Source: an uncultured delta proteobacterium
Lineage (GTDB): Bacteria; Myxococcota_A; Polyangia; Polyangiales; Houyiibacteriaceae
Direction: 5' to 3'
Assembly: GCA_963842915.1 (NCBI GenBank)
Contig: CAWJII010000013.1
Location: 412,079 to 476,078 of the forward strand
DNA length: 64,000 nucleotides
Shown here: in pieces, positions 1 through 11,640 of the stretch
How the letters are laid out: every line of letters starts with the position of its first letter
Numbering within the stretch: the first letter of the stretch is position 1
Notes under the pieces: generated by a model
What the model was told of the DNA's origin: nothing
The model's input: only the letters and a program-made list of their open reading frames with translations
The model's database searches: none
Made by a program: the position numbers and the translations under genes

Positions 1-2
1 TG

Positions 3-338
3 AGCGACTCGTTCCCGCTCAAGGTCGACACGCCTGGCAAGCTCTCCGAGCTGGTCGTCGAGCTTCGGACCTTCGGTCTGCCGGACGACTACTGGGACCG
101 CTACCGCCAGTCGATTCGAAAGACCAGTGCGTCCGAGGCGCAGTACGTCGCACGCAACTACATTCGGCCGAAGGACTCCTTGGTCGTGATTGTCGGTCAG
201 GCAGCTGATTTTGCTCAGTCCCTCCAGCAATTCGGGCCCGTGACGGTTGTCTCCCCTGATGGCGAGCTGAAAGCCCGGTTCGAGGACAAGCGACCGAAAG
301 CTGGCAACGCTGGTGCACAGCGCGGTCCTATCCACTAG
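3..338 (+). CDS. M16 (pitrilysin/insulinase) family peptidase, C-terminal fragment; 5' end is outside the window
   Basis: Frame 3 is open from the window edge to TAG 336-338. It is absent from the ORF track because it has no start. My translation ...ELRTFGLPDDYWDRYRQSIRKTSASEAQYVARNYIRPKDSLVVIVGQ... resembles the C-terminal end of M16 peptidases. Confidence 0.55.
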   Translation, partial: SDSFPLKVDTPGKLSELVVELRTFGLPDDYWDRYRQSIRKTSASEAQYVARNYIRPKDSLVVIVGQAADFAQSLQQFGPVTVVSPDGELKARFEDKRPKAGNAGAQRGPIH

Positions 339-347
339 AGTCGGAAT

Positions 348-2180
348 ATGTGCGGAATCGTTGGTCATGTAGGTGACGAACAGGCCACGCCAATCCTGCT
401 CGACGGGCTTCGGCGGCTTGAATACAGGGGCTACGATTCGGCGGGGCTCGCCGTTCACACGAAGGACGGCATCGATATCGTCCGGGCCGTCGGAAAGCTC
501 CGGAACCTCGAAAAGGCTCTTTCGGAGAAGGGACTGCCCGGCACCGTCGGGATCGGGCACACCCGCTGGGCCACGCATGGCCGCCCTTCGGAGGTCAACG
601 CGCACCCACACGTCGCGGGTCCCATCGCCGTCGTCCACAATGGGATCATCGAGAACCACATGGAGCTGCGCGCCGAGCTCGAGGGTGCCGGCTTCACGAT
701 GAGTAGCGACACCGATACCGAGATCATCTCGCACCTGATCCACAGGGAGGTCGGCGCGGGACACGATCTGATCACCTCGATTCGCCGCTCGCTCGAACAG
801 GTCGAGGGCGCCTATGCGATCGCAGTCCTTTCGGAGGACGAGCCCGACCGCGTCGTGGTCGCAAAGAACTCGAGCCCTCTAGTGATCGGCATCTCCAAGG
901 GCGCTTCCTATTGTGCTAGCGACATCCCGGCGCTACTTCCGTACACCAACCAGATGGTGTTCATGGAGGACGGTGAAATCGCCGTGCTGCAAGCCGAGGG
1001 CTTCACGCTGACCAAGCTCGACGGCACCGAGGTCAGCCGGCGCCCACGGAACATCTCCTGGTCGCCGGTGATGGCCGAGAAGGCCGGCTACAAGCACTTC
1101 ATGCTGAAGGAGATCTTCGAGCAGCCTCGCGCGCTCGAAGACACCTTGCGCGGCAGGCTCGACCGTGAGAACGCCGACATCGCCACGCCCGAGATCGGCC
1201 TCAGCGACGAGGACGCCAAGGCCATCAAGAGGGTGGTACTGCTCGCCTGCGGCACCAGCCATCACGCGACGATCGCGGGCCGCTACTGGCTCGAAGAGCT
1301 CGCGAAGGTACAGGCCATCGCCGAGCTCGCAAGCGAATTCCGAGGCCGCGACGCGGTCATCGGCGAAGGCGACCTGGTGATCGCCGTCAGTCAGTCGGGC
1401 GAAACCCTCGATACGCTCATGGCCGCCAAAGAGGCCAAGGAGCGCGGAGCTAAAGTGCTGGCGATCGCCAACGTCAACGGTAGCGCGATACCGCGCATGG
1501 CCGACGCGAGCTTCTACACGCACGCCGGACCGGAAATCGGGGTCGCCTCGACGAAGTGCTTCATGACGCAGATGGCCAACCTGCTGATGTTCAGCATCTG
1601 GCTCGGACGGCGTCGCGGCACCATTGACGCCGCGCAGGCCAGCGAGCTCGTCGAGGGGCTGGCGCGAATCCCGCAGGTCATCAGCGAGCGGCTCCGGATG
1701 ACCCATCTGACGATTACCGACATCGTTCGAGACTACGCCGACGCGCGAGACGTGCTCTTCCTCGGCCGCGGTCTCAGCTACCCGATGGCGCTAGAAGGCG
1801 CACTCAAGCTCAAAGAGATCTCGTACGTTCACGCCGAGGGCTACGCGGCCGGCGAAATGAAGCACGGACCCATCGCGCTCCTCGATGCGCACGTGCCGGT
1901 GATCGTGCTCATGCCGAAGGACCAGCACTACGAACGTGTCTCGAGCAACCTCCAAGAGGCGCGCGCGCGCGAGGCAAAGATCCTCGGTGTGACGGTCGCG
2001 GGCGACACCCAGGGCCAAGCGCTTTGCGAGCGTTTTGTCGAGGTCGCCGAAACCCACCCGGCGCTCAGCCCGTTCGTCACAGTCGTGCCTCTACAGCTCT
2101 ACGCGTATTGCGTGGCGGACCACAAGGGCACCGACGTGGACCAGCCGCGCAACCTCGCCAAGACCGTCACCGTAGAGTAA
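348..2180 (+). CDS. glmS: Glutamine--fructose-6-phosphate aminotransferase (isomerizing)
   Basis: 610-aa ORF starting MCGIVG (N-terminal Cys nucleophile of class-II amidotransferases). It has SIS-type isomerase halves and the typical C-terminal ...NLAKTVTVE. Confidence 0.97.
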   Translation: MCGIVGHVGDEQATPILLDGLRRLEYRGYDSAGLAVHTKDGIDIVRAVGKLRNLEKALSEKGLPGTVGIGHTRWATHGRPSEVNAHPHVAGPIAVVHNGIIENHMELRAELEGAGFTMSSDTDTEIISHLIHREVGAGHDLITSIRRSLEQVEGAYAIAVLSEDEPDRVVVAKNSSPLVIGISKGASYCASDIPALLPYTNQMVFMEDGEIAVLQAEGFTLTKLDGTEVSRRPRNISWSPVMAEKAGYKHFMLKEIFEQPRALEDTLRGRLDRENADIATPEIGLSDEDAKAIKRVVLLACGTSHHATIAGRYWLEELAKVQAIAELASEFRGRDAVIGEGDLVIAVSQSGETLDTLMAAKEAKERGAKVLAIANVNGSAIPRMADASFYTHAGPEIGVASTKCFMTQMANLLMFSIWLGRRRGTIDAAQASELVEGLARIPQVISERLRMTHLTITDIVRDYADARDVLFLGRGLSYPMALEGALKLKEISYVHAEGYAAGEMKHGPIALLDAHVPVIVLMPKDQHYERVSSNLQEARAREAKILGVTVAGDTQGQALCERFVEVAETHPALSPFVTVVPLQLYAYCVADHKGTDVDQPRNLAKTVTVE

Positions 2181-2188
2181 GGCCGAGC

Positions 2189-3283
2189 ATGAAAGTCGGT
2201 TTCCTCACGACGGGTTTCCCGCGCTTCGAGGGAGACTGCAGCGGCTCCTTTCTCCTGACCGCCGCACGGGCGATCGTCGAACAGGGCCATACCGTTCGCG
2301 TCTTGGCTCCGGAGCCGCGGCGTGTTCGAGCAGCTCCGCGCTGGCCGGGTATCGAACTGCGCTGGGTACCCTACGCGCGGCCGCGTTCCTTGCAGCACTC
2401 GTTCTATGAGAGCGGTGCGCCGGACAATCTGCGTCTGCGGCCAACCAGCTGGCTTGGCGCTCTGGGCTTCACAGCAGCCCTCTACCGTGCATCGAAGCGA
2501 GAGCTTGCGGACTGCGATGCCTTGATGAGCTCCTGGTGCATTCCGAGCGGCTGGGTCGCCGCGAGAACGGCCGGAGGGCGACCGCATCTTTGCGTTTGTC
2601 ATGCGACCGACATCCGCTGGCTCTCGAAGATGCCAGGAGGCGGTGCCGTCGCACGCGCGACCGCCGAGGGTGCCACATCGATGTGGTTTCTTAGCAATGG
2701 GTTTCGCGATTGCTTCTTGGAAACCGCCGGCCTCTCGCTCTCCAGCGTTCGCAGCCATATCGGCCCCATGCCGATCGAACCGCCCCAGGAGCTCCGAGAA
2801 AGCCGCTCGGAGCTGCGCCGCCGCCTGGGCATCGATGGTTTCACCTTGCTCTTCTTGGGACGCCTGGTGCCCGTCAAAGGCCTTGGCGAGCTGCTTCACG
2901 CGATCTCGGCCCTCTCTGAACCGCTGAGTATCCGGATCGCCGGCGACGGCCCGGAGCGCGACGAGCTGCGCGCACTCGCCACGCGTCTGCAAGTCGATGC
3001 GACCTTCGAAGGCTGGGTTGCCGGGGATCGCAAAGAGGCGCTCCTTGCTGCCTGTGATGCCATCGTGGTGCCTTCGATGCCGCAAGACGGTCTGCCCACG
3101 GTGCTCTTCGAGGCCAGAGCGCGCGCGCTTCCGATCATTGCAAGCGAAGCGGGCGCGATCCGAGAGCGACTAGGAAGTGCCCCCGACGTCGACTACGTCC
3201 CGCCGAACGACCGCGCAGCGCTTCGCCGGGCGATCTTCCGGGCTCACGCCCGCAGCTTGGCTGAGCCTTCGCTCAGGGCTTGA
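2189..3283 (+). CDS. Glycosyltransferase, GT-B fold (family 4/1-like)
   Basis: Track ORF 2024..3283 trimmed to ATG 2189 (MKVGFLTTGFP...), just after the glmS stop. The C-terminal half has GT4-like motifs (LLFLGRLVPVKGL, GDGPERDEL, VVPS...DGLPTVLFEA). Confidence 0.8.
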   Translation: MKVGFLTTGFPRFEGDCSGSFLLTAARAIVEQGHTVRVLAPEPRRVRAAPRWPGIELRWVPYARPRSLQHSFYESGAPDNLRLRPTSWLGALGFTAALYRASKRELADCDALMSSWCIPSGWVAARTAGGRPHLCVCHATDIRWLSKMPGGGAVARATAEGATSMWFLSNGFRDCFLETAGLSLSSVRSHIGPMPIEPPQELRESRSELRRRLGIDGFTLLFLGRLVPVKGLGELLHAISALSEPLSIRIAGDGPERDELRALATRLQVDATFEGWVAGDRKEALLAACDAIVVPSMPQDGLPTVLFEARARALPIIASEAGAIRERLGSAPDVDYVPPNDRAALRRAIFRAHARSLAEPSLRA

Positions 3284-3977
3284 CCGTCTGCGTGCCCCTG
3301 GGAGGACGGTAGCTGAAGCGCTTCTCGGGGACGTCGCGGTTGAACTTGATGTTCGCGAAGTCGAAACGGTTGCGGTTTCCAGCCGAGTCGATGATCAAAA
3401 CGCGTTGCACGATGCCAGCGCGCCTACCTTTCGTCGTGATGGTCCGTACGTAGAAGACCAACTGCTCGTAGTTTGGTGTGGGCCGACGCGGGATCAGCTG
3501 AAGAACGGAGCCGCCTTGGAACTTCTCGTTGTCGTGCTCGAGGAGGCGAACTTCGAAATCCTTTTCGAGGTTTCCGCTGCCAATGAGGAACGAGAATGCA
3601 GAAGGAAGTTGATCTTGGTCGAGCGCGCGCTCGATGAGCTGACCGTTCTTCTCGCCTTCTTCTGGCGGCTGATAGATCAGCAGCTTCTTCCCATTGCTCA
3701 CGAAGACCTGCCCGTTGGGTTGCGCATAGTCCCATCGCATCATCCCAGGCTTCTTGAACACGACCTTCCCCGTCGCTCGGTCATAGCGATCGTAGACCCG
3801 GGTGTAGCGGGTCTGCTCGAAGTCGGCCTGCAAAGATTTGGTTTGGTCGTAGAACGACTGGACCAAGCCGATGACCACCGCTGGATCGAGCGGCTCGGCC
3901 TGCTGGGCGCCGGCCCCTTCGAATCTCGAAACCAGCACGAAACACAAACCAACGGCCGCAAACAATCTCATAGTCAT
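3273..3977 (-). CDS. lolA: Outer-membrane lipoprotein carrier protein LolA-like
   Basis: Track ORF 3273..4067 trimmed to MTMRLFAAVGLCFVLV (signal peptide). The LolA-like core reads ADFEQTRYTRVYDR...GKVVFKKPGMMRWDYAQPNGQVFVSNGKKLLIYQP. Confidence 0.75.
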   Translation of the reverse strand: MTMRLFAAVGLCFVLVSRFEGAGAQQAEPLDPAVVIGLVQSFYDQTKSLQADFEQTRYTRVYDRYDRATGKVVFKKPGMMRWDYAQPNGQVFVSNGKKLLIYQPPEEGEKNGQLIERALDQDQLPSAFSFLIGSGNLEKDFEVRLLEHDNEKFQGGSVLQLIPRRPTPNYEQLVFYVRTITTKGRRAGIVQRVLIIDSAGNRNRFDFANIKFNRDVPEKRFSYRPPRGTQTVKP

Positions 3978-4157
3978 CAAGATGTAGAACGCTCCCAGCC
4001 GCGCAGTATTCACGCTGAACCCGTGTGCACAAGGCAAGCAGAATTCCCCAAAACCGGGATTGATCATTGCTGATAACGACCGTAGGATAGGGACATGGGC
4101 GCGTCGGCGCTCCGCTTAGGCTTGGCTTGAAAAACCACTGGGCACCTCGGAGGTGAC

Positions 4158-4352
4158 ATGTCCAAGCACCAAGCTCGAATCATCCCGCCGGAGCGACAGA
4201 AGTCGCACCTCGAACAGAAGCATGCTGAGCTCTCGGAGCGCGTTGCAGCGCTCGATAGCCGCATGAGTCTCACCCCGGACGAGGAGCTCGAGCTCCATCA
4301 ACTCAAGAAGCAGAAGCTACAGACCAAAGACGCCCTTCAAGCTGTTGGCTAG
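4158..4352 (+). CDS. DUF465 (YdcH-like) small protein
   Basis: 64 aa. The C-terminal LHQLKKQKLQTKDAL matches the YdcH/DUF465 signature (LKKQKLxLKD). Confidence 0.7.
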   Translation: MSKHQARIIPPERQKSHLEQKHAELSERVAALDSRMSLTPDEELELHQLKKQKLQTKDALQAVG

Positions 4353-4469
4353 CCCAGCGTCCTGTCACACTCACGAATTGAATTCTCACTAGTCCCCCCC
4401 TCGCCACTCTGTGCGAGCGGTCCGTCTCTCCTGGCGGGCCGTTCTTGTTGTGGGGCTCGCCTTTGGCTT

Positions 4470-4503
4470 AAAAGCAAATGGGCCACCGAGCGGTGACCCA
4501 TTT
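4470..4503 (-). terminator. Candidate intrinsic terminator on the minus strand
   Basis: The minus strand reads AAATGGGTCACC-GCTC-GGTGGCCCATTT followed by GCTTTTAAG. This is a 12-bp stem whose single non-Watson-Crick pair is G-U on the minus-strand RNA but A-C on the plus-strand RNA. Confidence 0.45.
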
Positions 4504-4650
4504 CAAACGAAAAAATCGATGCTATAGTCAATAAGCTAGGGCAAGTAAGCTAAGTCGAAATTTCCCAATGTTTTTTAGTAAAGGACGACCCACCGCCGCG
4601 CGGATGCCGGGCAAGCTGGAAGTGCGCGGCGAGGGGTCTTAAGCAAGCGA
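4470..4650 (-). ncRNA. Candidate sigma-54-dependent small RNA (about 180 nt); unverified
   Basis: The unit is bounded by a full-consensus sigma-54 promoter (4676-4661) and the minus-strand terminator hairpin (4503-4476). There is an internal 8-bp GC stem (4594-4601 / 4624-4631). No ORF has a ribosome-binding site. No Rfam family was recognised by eye. Confidence 0.3.
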
Positions 4651-4660
4651 TCGAGTACGA

Positions 4661-4676
4661 TGCAATCTCGGTGCCA
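4661..4676 (-). promoter_or_regulatory. Sigma-54 (RpoN) -24/-12 promoter match
   Basis: The minus strand reads TGGCAC-CGAGA-TTGCA. This is a complete match to TGGCAC-N5-TTGCW, and it lies in an intergenic region. Confidence 0.5.
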
Positions 4677-4879
4677 ACTCCAATGGCCCTCGAAAACACG
4701 TGTTTTCTTCGCTGGCAGGACTATCGCTAGGACATTTCTGTCATAGGCTTGCACCCGATTGTCGTGGTTGGCGCATTCCCGAGCCTCGGGGCCCGATAAG
4801 CGCACATTCCCCTACCGCGCAGGTTGAAGTGCCCGTGCTCTCCCGCGTATGATCTCAGCAACCGTGTAGGCGGGACACG

Positions 4880-6139
4880 ATGCCCAAGTGCAATAGCTGC
4901 GAAGGAAAAGTGCTGAGAACCGATGCGTTCTGCGGCGCGTGTGGCGAGCCGGTTCCCGGCGGGAAGCCCGTGGTGCCGATCTCTCGCGAGTTCAAGGTGA
5001 GCGATGTCCACAGCGCACCCCAGCGCTTGAGTGGGGCGTTTCCGCCCAAGTCGAGCAACTCGGCCTCGGCGCGGGCCGTCGCCATCGTCGCAGTCTCCCA
5101 GCCGGAGGTTGCGGAGCCGGAGAACAACAAGCTGAGCCGCACGACGATTCGCGAGCGCGAGCGCGAGGCCCGAAGCGAACCGGCCCCGGTTCTGCCGCTT
5201 CACCGAAAGAAGAACGGCACCGATAGCGAGCGCCTGCCGAAGCTCGCCGGAGAGGAAACCCGAGCGGAGCCCGTGCGAGCCTCGGCGCCCGAGCGAGAGC
5301 CGAGCGCAAGCCTACCGAATATGCCGATTCCACCGGGGCCGCCCATTCTCGCCTCGGATCTGTTGCGCGAACAGATGCGGCCGTCGAGCCCGGGCGAGAA
5401 GGCGCTGCGCAGCGCAACGGTCGTGTTGAGCGCGCTGGGCGCAGTCGCCGTGCTGCTCATCGGCGGCGTACATTCGTTGACATTCGTATCCCTGGCTGTG
5501 CTGATCATGGCTGCAACGCTCGCGCTCGCGCCGCTGTCTTATCGGGGACGCGCGATCGCGCTCTTCTTGACCGGCTCGGTCGCGACCGGTGTGGGGCTCT
5601 GGCAGCAGTCGCTGCAGGGCATAGCGCCAGAGGGCATGATTTTGGCCGGTGCAGCCATCCTGCTGAGCGGCAGTCTGCTTTTTCGCGCCTACTACCGGGG
5701 CGCACGCTTGGCGCGAGTCGCGGTAACCCTTGGCGTCGTAGCTCTTGGCACTTGGTTCTTCGTGTCCGGGGGCCATGAGAGCCTCGTCATGCTGGACGGG
5801 CACTGGCAATCCTGGGCGCCTGCCATCACCCACGGGAGCTTCGGCCTCTTGGCCCTGCTGTCCTTGATGGCGTTCATGGACAACAGCACGCGTGGTGGCT
5901 CCCATGTATGGGCGGTGGCGGTGCTCGTTCTCTATGCGGTGCACGTCGCTGTGCTCGTCGCTAGCGAGCTCTGGCCGGTCGATCCGGTGCCGGTGAGCAT
6001 TGAGGGACCGCCGATCGCAGCCATCACGGCTGGCACGGTCGGAACCATCGTGGCCGGCTTGGCTCTCGCTCAGATTCTCGTCGCCGCGTACAAGGCGAGC
6101 TCGAGCCGAAGCACAGAGCCCGTTTCGATCGCGTCCTGA
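4880..6139 (+). CDS. Zinc-ribbon domain protein with multi-pass membrane C-terminal half (function unknown)
   Basis: The N-terminus MPKCNSCEGKVLRTDAFCGACG has paired CxxC motifs. A charged linker follows, then a hydrophobic C-terminal half with many predicted TM segments. Confidence 0.6.
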   Translation: MPKCNSCEGKVLRTDAFCGACGEPVPGGKPVVPISREFKVSDVHSAPQRLSGAFPPKSSNSASARAVAIVAVSQPEVAEPENNKLSRTTIREREREARSEPAPVLPLHRKKNGTDSERLPKLAGEETRAEPVRASAPEREPSASLPNMPIPPGPPILASDLLREQMRPSSPGEKALRSATVVLSALGAVAVLLIGGVHSLTFVSLAVLIMAATLALAPLSYRGRAIALFLTGSVATGVGLWQQSLQGIAPEGMILAGAAILLSGSLLFRAYYRGARLARVAVTLGVVALGTWFFVSGGHESLVMLDGHWQSWAPAITHGSFGLLALLSLMAFMDNSTRGGSHVWAVAVLVLYAVHVAVLVASELWPVDPVPVSIEGPPIAAITAGTVGTIVAGLALAQILVAAYKASSSRSTEPVSIAS

Positions 6140-6141
6140 GC

Positions 6142-7182
6142 TCAGGGCACCTGGCGCGGCCAGGACGCCAACAGGATGACCGCGCAGGTGCGACCCTTTT
6201 CGTCCTCGGCCTTGCCGAAGCCAGCGTCGGTGAATCGCGGGTCGGTCACGGTCATTCGATGACTCGGGCTATCTTCGATCGCGTGAAGGGCCTCGCGCAT
6301 CGTGGATGCCCGCGCTACCGCCTCTCCGACAACACGCGCTTGGATGCCTCGCTTGAGCAGACGCGCTTCGGGGTCGCCATTGGGGTCGAGCTCGTGACCG
6401 AACTTGCCCGAGTCGCAGATCGTTTGGGCGTGACTCGTCGCCTCCTTGGTCAGCAAGCGATTCGAGCGCAATGAGCGTGCGCCTGAGGCCCGTCGTAGCT
6501 GCATGAGCCAGGCCTGCGGCGACTGCGAGCCGCCTGGCGTGGCAGGACCTTCGGGGATCTTGCCAACCCAGCGCTCGGCCACCGGACGCGGACCACTCGG
6601 ACCGTCCGCAACGAGCTGTACGAAGAGCGGACGCCCCCACTCGATCGGAACCGAAATTGTCGAGCCGTAGTCGCCGCCGTCGACCGAGATACGCCGTGAA
6701 GAGCCCGTGGCATCGCGTACCACGAGATACGGATCACGGAAATCCTCCATGACCTCGGCGTGAAGCTGGTTTCGGCCCACGACCGTCAGCGAGCCGGCGC
6801 GAACCGCCGCCACCAGAACGATGCGCTCTCCGGAGCGGGCGCGTCCGCAGATCAGAGGCGCGTCGGAATTCTCGTTCAGATCTTCGAGCCAGGTCTTGAA
6901 GCTGTCGAACTCGCCCGTGACGCCGAACTTCGCGTACACCGGGTTCGCGTCGACCCCTGCCTCACGAGCGGTCTTGATCAGCTCCGACGAAGGCGGGATG
7001 CGTTGGAGGTCCGCTAGCTGAGCCGCGACCGTCTCGAGCTTCGCGTCCTTGATGCACAAGCGTTCGGGCTTCGCTTCCGGAGCGGGCTCGCCTTCCGCGG
7101 GAGCATCGGTCTTCTTGTCGGCGCCGGCCGTCGCGTGGAGCGCGAGCAGCGTGGCACAAAGGAGGGTAATTTTACGCAGCAT
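6142..7182 (-). CDS. Secreted protein with C-terminal CAP/SCP (YkwD-like) domain
   Basis: Signal peptide MLRKITLLCATLLALHATAG. The C-terminus ...GHELDPNGDPEARL...EDSPSHRMTVTDPRFTDAGFG... resembles the bacterial CAP (PR-1-like) domain. Confidence 0.65.
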   Translation of the reverse strand: MLRKITLLCATLLALHATAGADKKTDAPAEGEPAPEAKPERLCIKDAKLETVAAQLADLQRIPPSSELIKTAREAGVDANPVYAKFGVTGEFDSFKTWLEDLNENSDAPLICGRARSGERIVLVAAVRAGSLTVVGRNQLHAEVMEDFRDPYLVVRDATGSSRRISVDGGDYGSTISVPIEWGRPLFVQLVADGPSGPRPVAERWVGKIPEGPATPGGSQSPQAWLMQLRRASGARSLRSNRLLTKEATSHAQTICDSGKFGHELDPNGDPEARLLKRGIQARVVGEAVARASTMREALHAIEDSPSHRMTVTDPRFTDAGFGKAEDEKGRTCAVILLASWPRQVP

Positions 7183-7191
7183 CGTTTTGAG

Positions 7192-8382
7192 TCACGTCCG
7201 GTAGTCGGCGTTGATCCGAACGTACTCGTGACCGAGGTCGCAGGTCCAATAATGACCCAGGCCGCGCCCCGATCCGACCGTGACGGAGATCTCGTATTCC
7301 TTGCGCTTCATCGCCGCAGCGGCTTTTGCCTCGGTTTTCGGAGTCATCAAGGGGGTACCCTGCTCGAAAATCGAAACCTGGCCGATCTGCACCGAAACGT
7401 GATCAGGATTGAAACGTGCTCCCGAACGGCCTGCCGCAGCCACAATACGGCCCCAGTTCGGGTCGCAGCCATACAGGGCGGTCTTGACCAGCTGAGAGCC
7501 GGCGATGGTCCGCGCGATCTGGACCGCATCCGCGTCAGTCCGGGCACCGCTGACCACGATCCGCACCAGGTGCTCGGCACCCTCCCCGTCGGCGACGATC
7601 TTCTTGGCCAGCGATTCGAGGACCTCGGTGAGTGCGCCGACGAAACGTCGACCTGCTGCGCTCTTCTCTTCGATGCCTCGATTCGAAGCGGCTCCCGATG
7701 CAAGCGCGTAAATCGAGTCGTTGGTGCTGGTGTCGCCGTCAACCGTCGCGCGGTTGAAGCTGAGCTCGGTCGCTTGACGCAGCAGCTTCGAGAGTGTCGC
7801 AGGCGCAATGGGGGCATCCGTGGTCACAAAGGCCAGCGTCGTGGCCATGTTTGGATGGATCATGCCTGCGCCTTTGGCGATGCCGAGAAGACGGCAAGTC
7901 GTTCGGCCGACTTTGAGCTCGGCCTGAGCGACCTTCGGGCCGCGATCGGTGGTCAGAATCGAGCGGGCGAAGCGCGACGCGCCCGCCTCCGAGAGATCCT
8001 CGACGAGCTCGGGTATCGCCGCTTCGATGTTCTCGGAGGGCAGCTGCACGCCGATGACTCCGGTCGAAGCGGGAACCACCAGCGAGCTCGGAACGCGAAG
8101 CGCGCGGGCGAGCGCCCGGGTTAGGCTCAGAGCAGCTTGCTGGCCTTGCTTGCCGGTACAGGCGTTGGCGTTGCCGCTGTTGACCAGGACCGCCTGGCAA
8201 AGCCCGCTCTTCAAGCGGCGCTCGCTGATCGTCACTGGAGCGGCGCGCACCCTATTCATCGTGAACACGCCCGAGGCGACCGCGGGCTCGTCCGCAAAGA
8301 TCAAGCCCAAATCCAGCCTATCGGCTGCTTTGACCCCGCCGTGTACGCCAGCGAAGCGAAACCCCTTCACCCGTCCGCTCAT
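7192..8382 (-). CDS. argJ: Bifunctional ornithine acetyltransferase / N-acetylglutamate synthase
   Basis: 396 aa with the ArgJ autoprocessing region ...HPNMATTLAFVTTDA... and typical length. Confidence 0.95.
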   Translation of the reverse strand: MSGRVKGFRFAGVHGGVKAADRLDLGLIFADEPAVASGVFTMNRVRAAPVTISERRLKSGLCQAVLVNSGNANACTGKQGQQAALSLTRALARALRVPSSLVVPASTGVIGVQLPSENIEAAIPELVEDLSEAGASRFARSILTTDRGPKVAQAELKVGRTTCRLLGIAKGAGMIHPNMATTLAFVTTDAPIAPATLSKLLRQATELSFNRATVDGDTSTNDSIYALASGAASNRGIEEKSAAGRRFVGALTEVLESLAKKIVADGEGAEHLVRIVVSGARTDADAVQIARTIAGSQLVKTALYGCDPNWGRIVAAAGRSGARFNPDHVSVQIGQVSIFEQGTPLMTPKTEAKAAAAMKRKEYEISVTVGSGRGLGHYWTCDLGHEYVRINADYRT

Positions 8383-8406
8383 GGCGTGCCTCTTACCAGA
8401 AGCTGC

Positions 8407-11598
<3,192 letters not shown>

Positions 11599-11640
11599 GG
11601 CTGCAATCTAGGTCGGCAGAGGGAGTGGCGCAAACCACAG

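Noticed and set aside
339-347. Possible glmS ribozyme or leader upstream of glmS.
   Set aside because: Only 9 nt separate the upstream stop (338) from the glmS ATG (348), so there is no room for a ribozyme. That element is also characteristic of Gram-positive glmS leaders.
933-1706. Long ORFs antisense to or out of frame with confidently identified genes. Examples: 933..1706(-) in glmS, 9895..10779(+) in secA, 35062..36306(+), 41500..43137(-), 47488..48684(-), 55352..56374(+), 62185..63126(-), 63414..63988(-).
   Set aside because: These are typical shadow ORFs of GC-rich DNA. Their translations are Arg/Ala/Pro/Gly-rich low-complexity sequence with no family resemblance. Each overlaps a gene with strong motif support on the other strand or frame.
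6137-6144. Palindromic TGAGCTCA formed by the two convergent stop codons of the zinc-ribbon gene and the CAP-domain gene.
   Set aside because: It is a trivial consequence of TGA stops on both strands separated by GC. There is no extended stem or T-tract to suggest a bidirectional terminator.
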